Positions 1-15,084 of a stretch of DNA of 64,000 nt are shown piece by piece. The stretch comes from Macrostomum lignano (taxonomy: Eukaryota). Positions within the stretch are counted from its first letter, which is position 1; each line of letters opens with the position of its first letter. A model generated the notes under the pieces. That model saw nothing but the letters and a program-made list of their open reading frames with translations. It was not told the DNA's origin and made no database searches. The DNA lies in contig NIVC01003618.1 of assembly GCA_002269645.1 (NCBI GenBank), positions 23,278 to 87,277 of the forward strand, read 5' to 3'. A program made the translations under genes and the position numbers.

Positions 1-180
1 ATGAGAGAGGAGTCGGAGAGTGGAGAGGAGGGAGGATAGAAGAGAGAGGAGAGGAGAGAGAGGAGAGAGGAGAGGAGAGAGAGGAGAGAGGAGAGAAGAG
101 AGAGGAGAGAGGAGAGAGGAGAGAGGAGAGAAGAGAGAGGTGAGGGGAGAGAGGAGAGAGGAGAAAGGAGAGAGGAGGGA
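1..180. repeat. GA-rich low-complexity tract
   Basis: Almost pure A/G (GAGAG/GAGGA motifs), seen directly. Confidence 0.9.
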
Positions 181-959
181 GTAGGTACCTGTTTGATATT
201 AATTACTATTTGCACTTTAACTTTATTCACTGTTTGTTGTTTGGTCCGGAGACAGCCTCCCAGAGAATGTGCGGCAGCTGTTGATGTTTGTCAGAAAATT
301 CTCACTCCGCACTCCCAGATAATAGCAAACAGACAGCCTTGGCTCGGATGCGAGGTACACTGAATGCGTACACTTAGCAGCACCCCCTGCCGCTGTCTCA
401 CGCCACTGTTGCAACTGCATTGGCTGGTACAAAGCCAGACTGCTCGGAGAGACAGACAGAGGCGGATAGAGAGGAGAGTGTACGGCCCGTAGCTGCACTG
501 CCCCACAGATGCACACTCCGAGAGAAGAGAGAGGGGGAGAGGCAGCGGGAGAGCCGCACAGGGGGCGTCAGTGGCTGCATAGGACGAGGCTTCACTCGTG
601 GACTTTACTCGCGGCCTTGGGACGAGGCGGGGGGTTGGCAGTGCTGGGGGAAACTGGCCTTTATATGTCAGCCAGTTGGCCCTCTGCCTGGCCTTGCCCT
701 GCCCCATTTTCCGCTCTGAATTTGGGAAGGAAGGAAGGAAGGTGACGCCAAGGAGTGAGTGGAGCAGGTGAGGCGGTGGAGCTCTAAGTGAAGAGGTTTA
801 AGAAAGATCCGGTTCCGAGCAACCCGAGTCAGGCGACTTCGCCACCAGCCACCTCGAGAGCAGATTGGTCCGCTAGCTTTCTGCTGTCCACTATATAGCG
901 TTGGCATCGAGCCTCCCAGCTTAGACCAGAGCTAACTTCGTCCAGAACCAGCAGCAGAC

Positions 960-3900
960 ATGAACGTGGTCAGCCAGCTGTGGTCCACCGTGTCCACTAC
1001 TGGACGCTGAACCCGCTGAACCCGGCCACCCTTTCCGGCGCTATCGACGTCATCGTGGTTGAGCAGCCGGACGGCACCTTGAAGAGCAGCCCGTTCCACG
1101 CCAGGTTCGGCAAGACTGGCATCCTCAGACCGCAGGAAAATGTGGTGAGTAGCTGCTCCATGCTCATTTGATCATCTAGGTCAGGGGTCGGCAAACTCCG
1201 GCCCGCAAAGCCTCTCTATCCGGCACTAGGGTCCTTTGAAGCTTCACAGTAATGCTCAGGGTTTGTGTCTCTTCTCAGCTCTCCTCTGTCACCTCTCTCT
1301 TCTCCTCTCCTCTCTTCTCTCTTCCTCTCCTCTCCTCTCCTCTCCTCTCCTCTCCTCTCCTCTCCTCTCCTCTCCTCTCCTCTCCTCTCCTCTCCTCTCC
1401 TCTATTCTCTCCTACTTCATCTCTTCTCTCCTCTCGTCTCCTTTATTCCCTCTCCTCTTTTTTTCTATTTCCTTTCTCAATTTTCTCTCCCCTGTCCTAT
1501 CCTCTGGCCCGCAGTCATGCGCTAGGTTCTCTATCTGGCCCTTACGGTAAAAAGTTGCCGACCCCTGATCTAGGTGGATCATGAGCTCGGGACAGAACTT
1601 ATCAAACCTCACCCAGTAATCCTATCAGCTTATGTGTTTGAGGCCTGATTCCCAAACCCTGATCCAGTCCACTGAACCAAACAAGATTAGGTTAGTCGGG
1701 TTAGCGGCCGAAATCGAATAGAACCAAGTGCACCCAGTTGAAAATGATTGAATTCATCCTGAACTCAGCCAGGCTGATCCCTTCTTAGTGTCCTATTTCT
1801 CCTCGCTCATTTCAAGGTGGATCTCTACGTCAACGACGAGCTGATCCCGGACATCCAGATGAAGCTGGGCGAGGCTGGGGAGGCGTTTTTTCTAGAAGAC
1901 CCGGACGACCTGCCGCCGGAGATGCCGCTGCAGGACCTGCAGGCCCTGGAGCTCGAAGTGCAGAAGCTGGAGCGCAGGATTTCCATGTCGAAGCTCGAGA
2001 AATCCTCCGAGGACGCGACCGGCGGTGCTTCTACTCTTGTCGCTGAGAACGACGACGCGACTGGAACTGACGAGGCCGAGGACGACGAGGCGAGCCTCAA
2101 GGCGGAGCGTCCAGCCGGATCTTCGGCCACGCTGGTCTCCTATTACAGCGACTGTGAGGGCGAGGAGCGGTCTGGCGGGACGAGCAGCCGCAGGGCGACG
2201 CTCACTGGCTACAAGTCAGACTCTGAGCAGGACAGCCACAATTCCGCACTGATTGGCGGCGCAGCCGAGCAGCTGATGGCCCAGATGGACTGGGAGTGGG
2301 GCAAGCTGCCGCACTCGGCCACCATGGACAGCGTCAAGTCTGGCGACTATTTTGATTGCACCGATGAGATTTCGGGTGCCGTGGACACCTCAACGACAGC
2401 GGCACTCAAATTGTCCTGTGGCGAGACGGTATCGTCGGAGAAGCTCAACCAGATCCTGGAAGAGCGGATCGCTGCATCTCGAGGCCAGGACGGTGATCAA
2501 CAGCAAGTTGCGCAGCAGCAGGAGTCGCAGCAGTCGTCTCAGGCGCAGCAGCAGCAGCAACAGAAGCAACAACAGTCCGCTGAGCGAGAACGCCTCTCAT
2601 CCTCGGGCGAGTGCTACTTGGCTGATCTGGACGACAGCAACCGGCACCTCTACCTCAGCGGCTCGCCATCCTCCCCAGAGTCGGGTTACAAGTCGGACCA
2701 GGACATGTCCAGCGTGGAGGAGGATCTCAATGTCGGCGTGCAGTTGTCTCTGTGCGGCGGGCTGGACCTGCCGAACAGCATCACGACTGAGCGCTTCCTC
2801 AAGTACCTGATCTCGTACGACGAGTTCATGCAGAATCCGGACATAATAGAAAACCGAGACCTAGTGGTGCGGATTCAGGGCAAGAACTACAATTGGCGGA
2901 CCGCAGCGCCGATTCTGCTGTGCCGGGCTGTGTTCAACGCGCAGCTGCCCTACAAGACTGTGCAGAACCTCAAGGAGCGCCACATGCGCTTCCGGCGCAA
3001 GCGCAACACCATGCGCTCCTGGTTCGCGTGGGGCCGCGCCAGGCCCTCCGAGGAGACCGACCCAAACGACGAGGAAGCCGGTGGTGGCGACGCCGTTGTA
3101 GCTGTGGAAGACATCAAGGAGGAGGCAGCCGAGGAGCGGCAGAAGGACAAGGGTGCCGAGCAGCAGCCGAAGCAGCGGGCTCGCACTGTACGTCTGTCCT
3201 CCAACCAGCTCAAGAAACTGAACCTGCGCCCAGGCTACAATGAGCTCCGCTACAGCATCACAACCAAGTACCAGGGCACCACGGAGTGCACCTGTGGAGT
3301 CTACCTGTGGGGTCACGACGACCGCATTGTGATTTCGGATATCGACGGGACCATCACTCGCTCGGACGTGCTGGGACACATTCTGCCAATGGTCGGCAAA
3401 GACTGGACACAGCCGCGCATCACCAAGCTGTTCTCGGCTATAGAAAAGAACGACTACAGATTCCTGTACCTGTCCGCCAGGGCCATCGGCCAGTCCGCCG
3501 TCACCCGGCGTTTCTTGCAGCGCGTTCGACAGGAGGGCGTCACCCTGCCCGACGGGCCGGTGCTGCTGTCGCCGCTGTCTCTGATGCGCGCCTTCCACCA
3601 GGAGGTAATCGCCCGCAGGCCGGAGGCCTTCAAAATCGCCTGTCTGCGCGACGTGCGCTCGCTGTTCCCGGCCGAGGCGCAGCCGTTCTGGGCCGGCTTC
3701 GGCAACCGGCCGTCTGACGCGCTGTCCTACACAGAGGTGAGCGTCAACCACGCCAGGTGCTTCACTGTCAATCCGCAGGGAGAGGTCAACCGCGAGTCCG
3801 GCGACTGCCTGCCGTCCTCCTACCAGGCGCTGGCCGAGGTGGCGGACCTCGTGTTCCCGCCGTTCCAGCACCGGTTCGCCGACCACGGCCACTTCTCGCA

Positions 3901-4078
3901 CTTCTCCTACTGGCGGGCGCCGCTGCCCGTGCTGCCGCTCCTGCCGGCTCCCGAGGATGTCGCCGAGGCGGCTGAGACGGCCGTCAAGGCAGCTGGCCCG
4001 GCGAAAGCCGCTGAAGGAGCGGCGACTCCGGTGGAAGCAACAATAATCGAGGTGTCGGAGCCAGCAGCCCTGGTCTAG
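960..4078 (+). CDS. LPIN: Lipin / phosphatidate phosphatase, 2 coding exons (960-1144, 1817-4078), ~815 aa; 1-nt deletion near 996 breaks the frame
   Basis: N-LIP domain [51 protein letters not shown]; phase-0 intron GTGAGT(1145)..TTCAAG(1816) joins ENV|VDLYVN; middle-domain LSLCGG; C-LIP HAD motif ISDIDGTIT (DIDGT at 3338-3352), [17 protein letters not shown]. Confidence 0.93.
1182..1567. mobile_element. Non-autonomous hAT (Charlie-like) MITE in the lipin intron, with an internal (CTCCT)n tract
   Basis: TIRs CAGGGGTCGGCAAACT / AAGTTGCCGACCCCTG; perfect 8-bp TSD ATCTAGGT at 1174-1181 and 1568-1575. Confidence 0.9.
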
Positions 4079-4602
4079 TCAGCTGCCGCCTCCCCTCTGC
4101 CTGGCTTATTATTGATACATTGCCCGAGTCATTATTCGGCTTACTTCTCTGGGAAAAACTGACCTACTGAACTATCGCAATTGTGTGCATATCTGCTGAT
4201 TTTCGCTGTAAATTGAGAAAACTGTGTGCCCATATTTGCTGTGCATATTGGCCAAGACGGCTCTGCCGAGTGTTGGTTACCCGTATCCAGCTTGGCCTGT
4301 CAATTCCATTGCTTTCATACTTTCGCCCGCTTTCAAATTTCTGCTTCTAGTGATCGCTTTCACATGTCATCGAGTCCATGGCTCCCTCTCTCTACTCTCC
4401 GGTTTCACTCTATTATTACTATTGTTATTATTATATTATTTCAGCTCCGATGCTTAAACAGATTTAACGGATTTTGTTTCCGAGCTTGCTAACTCTTTTG
4501 CGAGCCTCAATTCGCTGCTTTCAAACACTTGAGAGTGATTTTTGGCAATTTTTGTGTCACATGCTTGGCTTCGGTTCTCTATTGCGATTTGCTTAGTACA
4601 CC

Positions 4603-4909
4603 TCTTCAGTTCGTCTGCCCCCGTCTCTATTTGGTCTGTTTCTCTCCCTCTCGGTCTGGTTCAGTCTTGCTATTCTTATCTCTCTCCCTCACTGCCTTCT
4701 GATTGGCTCGTCAATCTAAATAAGACTTTCAATTAGGGCGAGGGGGGATAAGAAATGCAGGGGTGGTGTGCGCGACTGAGGAAAGAGGCGAGATTGAAGA
4801 GCCAATCAGAAGTCAGCGAGGGAGAGAGATAAGAATTACAAGATCGGGCTGAACTTTTACAGAGGGAGAGAAAGACAGTAAGCAGAAACGAGGGCAGATG
4901 GACTGAAGA
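4603..4909. mobile_element. Foldback / MITE-like element with ~115-bp imperfect inverted arms
   Basis: 4603-4717 (TCTTCAGTTCGTCTGCCC..CTTCTGATTGGCTCGTCAATCT) is the reverse complement of 4791-4909 (AGATTGAAGAGCCAATCAGAAG..GGGCAGATGGACTGAAGA); no clear TSD. Confidence 0.6.
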
Positions 4910-5299
4910 AATGACTAAAACAAGTCTCCGACCTGACTACTAGCTTGAATCAGTAGAACCAATGCAAAAGCCCCTATCGGTGAACTGCCATAGGGAAGTA
5001 TAAAAAGTTTCAAACCAGTTGACTAAGAGTTTTGTGGGGCAAGTGGCCCAAAGCTATTTTCATATCCAAAATGATCGCACGTACTACTCATAAATTCCTT
5101 ATTTTTTCCTTTTTGTACCCAAACGAGGTGTTTCTATTTTTAGCTACTAAAAAATAAACATGCTCAGTTCCATCGCTGAGTGGTGAGCAACTCTTTCTCA
5201 CATCGCAGGAACTCAAGACTTTCATTCGCCTTCTTTTGTAATTTAGTAAATTGTGTCCATTGATTCGAGTCCGTAAGCTCAATGATTCATATAGTGCGT

Positions 5300-5580
5300 C
5301 CATTGGTTTAGATATTGTGTCCATTTGTTTCGAGATTGTGTCTGTTGGCTTTGATATTGTGTCCATTATTTTAGAGATAGTATCCGCTGGTTTAGATATT
5401 GTCTCCAATGGTTTAGATATTGTGTCCACTGGTTTAGATATTGTGCTCATTAGTTTAGATATTGTGTCCTCTGGTTCAGATATTGTGTCCATTAGTTTAT
5501 ATATTGTGTCCACTGGTCTAGATATTGTGTCCATTAGTTTAGATATTGTGTCCACTGATCTAGATATTGTGTTCATTAGT
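5300..5580. repeat. 21-bp minisatellite (TTTAGATATTGTGTCCACTGG)
   Basis: About 13 degenerate tandem units. Confidence 0.9.
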
Positions 5581-5870
5581 GTCCACAGTGTGTCTATTAG
5601 CTGAAAGATTGTGTGCTCAGGCTCGCTGCTTAAGGGCTCACTGAAGCTGCTAGATAGCGAAGAAATCGAAAAACTGATCTTCATAAACATTTTTTGCAAG
5701 AATATTAATGATACTTTACTGAGAGTAGGATGACAGCGGTGCTACTCAGTTGTATAGTTCTCTAGGGAACTGGATACGGACATGAACTCATGTAGTCTCC
5801 AGCTCCCCGACTGCGCCGACTCCAGACTTTCCGCCTCATCAAACTGCTTGCTTCTCGGATCCACCAAGTC

Positions 5871-6595
5871 TCCATCTGAAACCCCGATTATCCATCTAAA
5901 ACTCCCATTGTCCATCTGAAACCCCGATTGTCCATCTGAAACCCTGATTGTCCATCTGAAACCCTGATTGTCCATCTGAAACCCCGATTGTCCATCTGAA
6001 ACCCTGATTGTCCATCTGAAACCCTGATTGTCCATCTGAAACCCCGATTGTCCATCTGAAACCCTGATTGTCCATCTGAAACCCCGATTGTCCATCTGAA
6101 ACCCCGATTGTCCATCTGAAACCCCCATTGTCCATCTGAAACCCCGATTGTTCATTTGAAACCCCGATTGTCCATCTGAAACCCCGATTGTCCATCTGAA
6201 ACCCCGATTGTCCATCTGAAACCCCCATTGTCCATCTGAAACCCCGATTGTTCATTTGAAACCCCGATTGTCCATCTGAAACCCCCATTGTCCATTTGAA
6301 ACCCCCATTGTCCATCTGAAACCCCGATTGTCCATCTGAAACCCCCATTCTCCATGTGAACTCCCCATTCTCCATATGAACTCCCCATTGTCCATGTGAA
6401 CTCCCCAGACTCCATCTGAAGCCCCCAGACTCCACCTGAACTCCCCAGACTCCACCTGAACTCCCCAGACTCCACCTGAACTCCCCAGACTCCATTTGAA
6501 CTCCCCAGACTCCACCTGAACTCCCCAGACTCCACCTGAACTCCCCAGACTCCACCTGAACTCCCCAGACTCCATCTGAAGCCCCAGACTCCGCC
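5871..6595. repeat. 20-bp minisatellite grading from TCCATCTGAAACCCCGATTG to TCCACCTGAACTCCCCAGAC
   Basis: Strict 20-nt period with ordered variant blocks. Confidence 0.95.
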
Positions 6596-7327
6596 CGAGC
6601 CCGAGCCCTCAGCCTCCAGCATCACGGTTCCCTCACAATCAGGCTGATTGCAGGAATCCACAAGCCCAGTGAAAGCTCCATGGAGACAGAATTGAATTAA
6701 AAAACAACACGCGGAGATCAGATTTCATCGTCTGAAACATCTCGAAAATTGAGTTGCTGCGGCAGCTGATTTGCATCCACGCCCGCAGATCCCTAGCGGC
6801 GGTAAGAAGCTTCATCGCGGGGCTCGAACTCCGGACAGCCGAAATTCTATTAGCAGCGAATTGTTTGGGCGCTGATTGGCAGCTCCGCATCCGGCCTGAA
6901 ATCCCCCACAAATTCTGCCTGCATTTGAATTATTGAATCAATAAGCGGCTGAACAAAACGCTGCTGATTTCTCTACCTGGCGGGAGCCTTTCCGCCGCGG
7001 CTAAGCGCCCTGCCGCAAGATCCCCGTGGGCGGCCGGACAGCCGGCTAACAAAAAAAATGTCGCCTCAAAACATCTGCCGCTGCGAGTAGCGCAGCTTTT
7101 ATTGCCGCTGACGCTCAGCGCACAGGCGGGGCGGCTTGTAAAAACTGCGGGGGAGAAAGTTCCCGCTGCTGGAGCACGTGTTTGACAGCTCCGTGTGCGC
7201 CTCTCAGCGCCCAACTTTTTTTCCGGACTGCCAGCCCGCGACACTGCAGTTTGGGGCGACCGAAAACTGCCGTCTGTCAGCTCTGGCAGCGGCTGCACCT
7301 CTGCTGCGGCTGCTGCGAGTTGAAGCT

Positions 7328-7843
<516 letters not shown>

Positions 7844-8344
7844 CCGCCGTAAATCCGGCCTCAGTCCAACTCAATTTGAATGAATTGATTTCATTTTCAC
7901 TCTCATTCATGTTAGCAAAATCTTCAAAAGTCACGTTCAGAGCCGGCAACGAACACTGGTTTTTTAATAATCTTTTTTCCAAATTAGGAAAATGAAAATT
8001 CTAGTTTTTTGTAGGTTTGCCAGAAAGTGCAATGAAATGAAATCAGTAGCGAGCACCGTAGATTGCCGCAGACAGCTACATTTGTAGCGCCCATTGAATG
8101 AGGCACAATGCCTGCTTTGCTGAGATCAGGTTGCCAAGCGCTCTTCAGAAACCAGCTCGGCTTTTTTGGCACGTGACGTTTGAACTGCGCTTCGGTGCAG
8201 CCCCACTCGGAGAGAAGTCGCTTTGTCACAACTGATAAACAGAATTTACCGATTTTCCACTGACATTGCAGCCCCTCAGCTCACCGAGTTGCCCGGCTGA
8301 AGTGTGAAAATATCGGCAACTGCCTTCAACTCACTTCTCAGTTC

Positions 8345-8860
8345 TGCCTTTCTCCTTCTCTCTCCCCCTCTCCCTCTCTCCTCTCTCCCCCCTCTCCTCT
8401 CTCCCTCTCTCCTCTCTCCCTCTCCCTCTCTCTCCCTCTCCCTCTCTCCTCTCTCCCCCTCTCCTCTCTCCCTCTCCTCTCTCCTCTCTCCTCTCTCCTC
8501 TCTCCTCTCTCCTCTCTCCTCTCTCCCTCTCTCCTCTCTCCCTCTCCCTCTCTCTCCCTCTCCCTCTCTCCCCTCTCTCCCCTCTCCTCTCTCCCCCTCT
8601 CTCTCTCCCTCTCCCTCTCTCTCTCTACCCCTCTCCTCTCTCCTCTCTCCCTCTCTCCTCTTTCCCTCTCTCCCTCTCCCTCTCTCCTCTCTCCTCTCTC
8701 CTCTCTCCCTCTCTCTCTCTCTCCCTCTCTCTCCCTCTCCCCCCCTCCCTCTCTCCTCTCCCTCTCCCTCTCCCTCTCCTCTCTCCCTCCTCTCACTCCC
8801 TCTCCCTCTCTCCTCTCCCACCCTCCCTGTCTCCTCTCCCTCCCTCTCTCCCTCCTCTCC
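8345..8860. repeat. CT-rich low-complexity tract
   Basis: Seen directly. Confidence 0.9.
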
Positions 8861-8904
8861 ATCTCGCGTCTCGTCTCGTTCACTCGTCGAGCTGTCCGAT
8901 ATCT

Positions 8905-10890
8905 CGCGATATCTGTCCTTTCTGACTCAATATCTGCCATTTCTGACTCAATATCTGTCCTTTCTGACTCAATATCTGTCATTTCTGACTCAATATCTGT
9001 CATTTCTGACTCAATATCTGCCATTTCTGACTCAATATCTGTCCTTTCTGACTCAATATCTGTAATTTCTGACTCAATATCTGTAATTTCTGACTCAATA
9101 TCAGTAATTTCTGACTCAATATCTGTCCTTTCTGACTCAATATCTGCCATTTCTGACTCAATATCTGTCCTTTCTGACTCAATATCTGTCATTTCTGACT
9201 CAATATCTGTCATATCTGACTCAATATCTGTCATATCTGACTCAATATCTGTAATATCTGACTCAATATCTGTCCTTTCTGACTCAATATCTGTAATTTC
9301 TGACTCAATATCTGTCCTTTCTGACTCAATATCTGTCATATCTGACTCAATATCTGTAATTTCTGACTCAATATCTGTCATTTCTGACTCAATATCTGTA
9401 ATTTCTGACTCAATATCTGTCATATCTGACTCAATATCTGTAATTTCTGACTCAATATCTGTCCTTTCTGACTCAATATCTGTCATATCTGACTCAATAT
9501 CTGTAATTTTTGACTCAATATCTGTCATATCTGACTCAATATCTGTCCTTTCTGACTCAATATCTGTCATATCTGACTCAATATCTGTCCTTTCTGACTC
9601 AATATCTGTCATTTCTGACTCAATATCTGTAATTTCTGACTCAATATCTGTCATTTCTGACTCAATATCTGTAATTTCTGACTCAATATCTGTCCTTTCT
9701 GACTCAATATCTGCCATTTCTGACTCAATATCTGTCATACCTGACTCAATATCTGTAATTTCTGACTCAATATCTGTCATATCTGACTCAATATCTGTCA
9801 TTTCTGACTCAATATCTGTCATATCTGACTCAATATCTGTCATATCTGACTCAATATCTGTAATATCTGACTCAATATCTGTCCTTTCTGACTCAATATC
9901 TGTCCTTTCTGACTCAATATCTGTCATTTCTGACTCAATATCTGTAATATCTGACTCAATATCTGTCCTTTCTGACTCAATATCTGTCCTTTCTGACTCA
10001 ATATCTGTAATTTCTGACTCAATATCTGTCAAATCTGACTCAATATCTGTCCTTTCTGACTCAATATCTGTCCTTTCTGACTCAATATCTGTCATATCTG
10101 ACTCAATATCTGTAATATCTGACTCAATATCTGTCCTTTCTGACTCAATATCTGTCCTTTCTGACTTAATATCTGTCATTTCTGACTCAATATCTGTCCT
10201 TTCTGACTCAATATCTGTCATATCTGACTCAATATCTGTCCTTTCTGACTCAATATCTGTCATTTCTGACTCAATATCTGTAATTTCTGACTCAATATCT
10301 GTCATTTCTGACTCAATATCTGTAATTTCTGACTCAATATCTGTAATTTCTGACTCAATATCAGTAATTTCTTACTCAATATCTGTCCTTTCTGACTCAA
10401 TATCTGTCATATCTGACTCAATATCTGTAATTTCTGACTCAATATCTGTAATTTCTGACTCAATATCAGTAATTTCTTACTCAATATCTGTAATATCTGA
10501 CTCAATATCTGTCCTTTCTGACTCAATATCTGTCATATCTGACTCAATATCTGTAATTTCTGACTCAATATCTGTAATATCTGACTCAATATCTGTAATT
10601 TCTGACTCAATATCAGTAATTTCTTACTCAATATCTGTCATATCTGACTCAATATCTGTAATTTCTGACTCAATATCTGTAATTTCTGACTCAATATCTG
10701 TAATTTCTGACTCAATACCAGTAATTTCTTACTCAATATCTGTCATTTCTGACTCAATACCTGTAATTTCTGACTCAATATCAGTAATTTCTTACTCAAC
10801 ATCTGTCCTTTCTGACTCAATATCTGTCATTTCTGACTCAATACCTGTCTTTTCTGACTCAATATCAGTAATTTATGACTCAATATCGGT
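8905..10890. repeat. 21-bp minisatellite (TTCTGACTCAATATCTGTCAT), ~2 kb
   Basis: 21-nt period; source of the TDIESE-repeat ORF. Confidence 0.97.
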
Positions 10891-11429
10891 TATTTCCGAG
10901 CCAATTTAATTTCGGGAGAGCCTGAGCAGAGGCTGTGAGTGTCTCCATCAAGTCCTCTCATATTTTGCACATGCAGCTGGGAAAGACGCAGTGTTTACCA
11001 AGCGCTCCTTGACTCGCTCAGGTCAGTGATCGATGACCCAGAGTGATTTGCTCAAGCAATGGCGCGACTGTAATGAATTCTGCTCTCAGCCCGGTCTCAG
11101 GCCAGCTAATTAGCATATTAATCAGCCCTCTCCAGCCCTGACTACCGGACACCTCGCCCGCGCGAATCCCAGGTGCAATTTTTTGTGTTTATTTCTGTTT
11201 ATTTGGCAGCCGAAGTTGCCCCGGATGTCTGCTGGGAGCGGCTGGCCAGGCGGGCTGCAATTATTTATAAATATGCTGGCATCATCTGCCTACCCGATCC
11301 GCTGCATCCCGCTTCCATCATGCTCTTCTCTTGTGCCAGCTCAGCTTCCGCCCCCACTCCTGCCTCTACTCTTCCGCATTACCTCCCACACCTGGTCTCT
11401 GCACGTCTGCTGCTCTTTATCTCAGCCTC

Positions 11430-11919
11430 TCTACTCTCTTCTCTCCCCTCTTCTCTCTCCCCTCTTCTCTCTCCCCTCTTCTCTCTCCCCTCTTCTCTCT
11501 CCCCTCTTCTCTCTCCCCTCTTCTCTCTCCCCTCTTCTCTCTCCCCTCTTCTCTCTCCCCTCTTCTCTCTCCCCTCTTCTCTCTCCCCTCTTCTCTCTCC
11601 CCTCTTCCCTCTTCCCTCTTCTCTCTCCCCTCTTGTCTCTCCCCTCTTCTCTCTCCCCTCTTCTCTCTCCCTTTTCTCTCTCCCCTCTTCTCTCTCCCCT
11701 CTTGTCTCTCCCCTCTTCTCTCTCCCCTCTTCTCTCTCCCTCTTCTCTCTCCCTCTTCTCTCTCCCTCTCTCTCTCTTCTCTCTCCTCTTCTCTCTCCCC
11801 TCTTGTCTCTCCCCTCTTCTCTCTCCCTCTTCTCTCCCCTCTCTCTCTCTCTCTCTCCCTCTTCTCTCTCCTCTCTCCCCTCTTCTCTCTCCTCTCTCCC
11901 TCTCTCTCTCTCTCTTCTT

Positions 11920-11953
<34 letters not shown>

Positions 11954-12060
11954 CTCTCTCCCCTCTGCTCTCTCCTCTTTCATCCATCCTTTTTTCTCCC
12001 CTCTCTTTTCTCTTCTCTCTCATCTCTCCTCTTTTTCTCCTCTATTTTCCCCTCTCATTT
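11430..12060. repeat. 14-bp CT-rich repeat (CTTCTCTCTCCCCT) decaying into low complexity
   Basis: Seen directly. Confidence 0.9.
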
Positions 12061-12819
12061 CTCTACTCTAAATTTACCCTCTCTCCTTTCTCCCCTCAAA
12101 CCCCACCATTCTTATTTCTGCAGAATAATTTTAAGTCAAGCCTTGAAACAAACTTGTCCATCAATACACGCTGGCAGTTCCAAGCTGATTAAAGTATTGC
12201 ACATTCACCCCAGCCGAGTACTTACAGCAGTCGAGTGCTCAAGGCCCATGAAACCCCATGGGGATCCCTTAGCAGCTGTCGGTCACCCCCAGGCCCTGAT
12301 CCCTATTAATATCATTTAATCTCCTTAATTGCAGCCCCTCAAGTTTCTGTTGCTCATCTTTTTCAGCGACTAAAATTCGATATTGAAAGCTTTGAAACTC
12401 AAGTCGATTAATAAATAGATTTCTGGTTGAGTTGTCCAGTCAAAGGTTTCCGCCGCCTGCTGCAGCCGCCCTGCGGCCCCCACTTCCTCTGTCCCGGCCA
12501 GCACCATTTCCCCCGTGCAGTTTTGCCCCGGCTACTCCTGAGCAGCTCCCGGTGAGCAGGGATAATCCTCTGAGCTGACTGAGCACCGCTCCGCGCCTCC
12601 GCAATCACCGGCCCATTCTGAGCTGGGAAAACACGGCTCAAGTGGCCCGGCTGAGCGCATTTGCCGGCGACACAAACTCGCGCGGTCCGGTGAAGGGGCG
12701 GGGATTTGAGCTGGGGGATTTGAGCTGGCTCAGGCTGGGCTGCGGCTCGGGTGGGGAGCAGAGAAACTGAAACAGCAGGAAACAGGGGAGATGGGAGAAT
12801 TGCTGACAAACTCATGCCG

Positions 12820-14596
<1,777 letters not shown>

Positions 14597-15084
14597 AAGC
14601 CTCCCAGCCCCAGTCGCAGAGCAGTTGGTGAGCAAGTTTCCCACTCCCATTCCCCAGCTCAGCCGCATGTGAAATGGTCCTGGCCGATCGCATGGCAGCT
14701 CACGCGCCGCGGCTCCGGTGCCGGGGCGACCGAACGATTCCCAGCGGGGCTCCTTGAGCAGCTCAGATAAGAACAAGGCGAATTTGAATATGAATCGAAT
14801 TTGGGCTTCGGCTTCCGACTTGAGCGCAGCCTCTCCTCCGTCATCATAGTTCGCTGGTCCATTATCCACTCAGTGGCAGCTCAGAGGCAGATTTTATCAC
14901 GGAAATTCCTCTGCTCGGGCATTGACTCGGACTTGAGCTCTCGTGAATGGATTTGATAACTAATAAAGAGCTTTTCAGTTATTATTGGGAGGGTAGCAAC
15001 TCATTAAAGATGTTGGTAATTTTTAGCTCGTTTTGGGTTGCTTGAAATCCTTCAATGTTGGTCATTCTGGGGTCATTCTCGATG

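Noticed and set aside
2861-3901. Antisense ORFs over lipin, DEG/ENaC and the EGF gene
   Set aside because: These are shadow ORFs of GC-rich coding sequence with no motifs.
8338-10305. 655-aa TDIESE heptad ORF as a coiled-coil protein
   Set aside because: It is a by-product of the 21-bp period. Variant units further along the array (e.g. ~10371) put TAA in the same frame, and the ORF runs into a GA-rich low-complexity tract.
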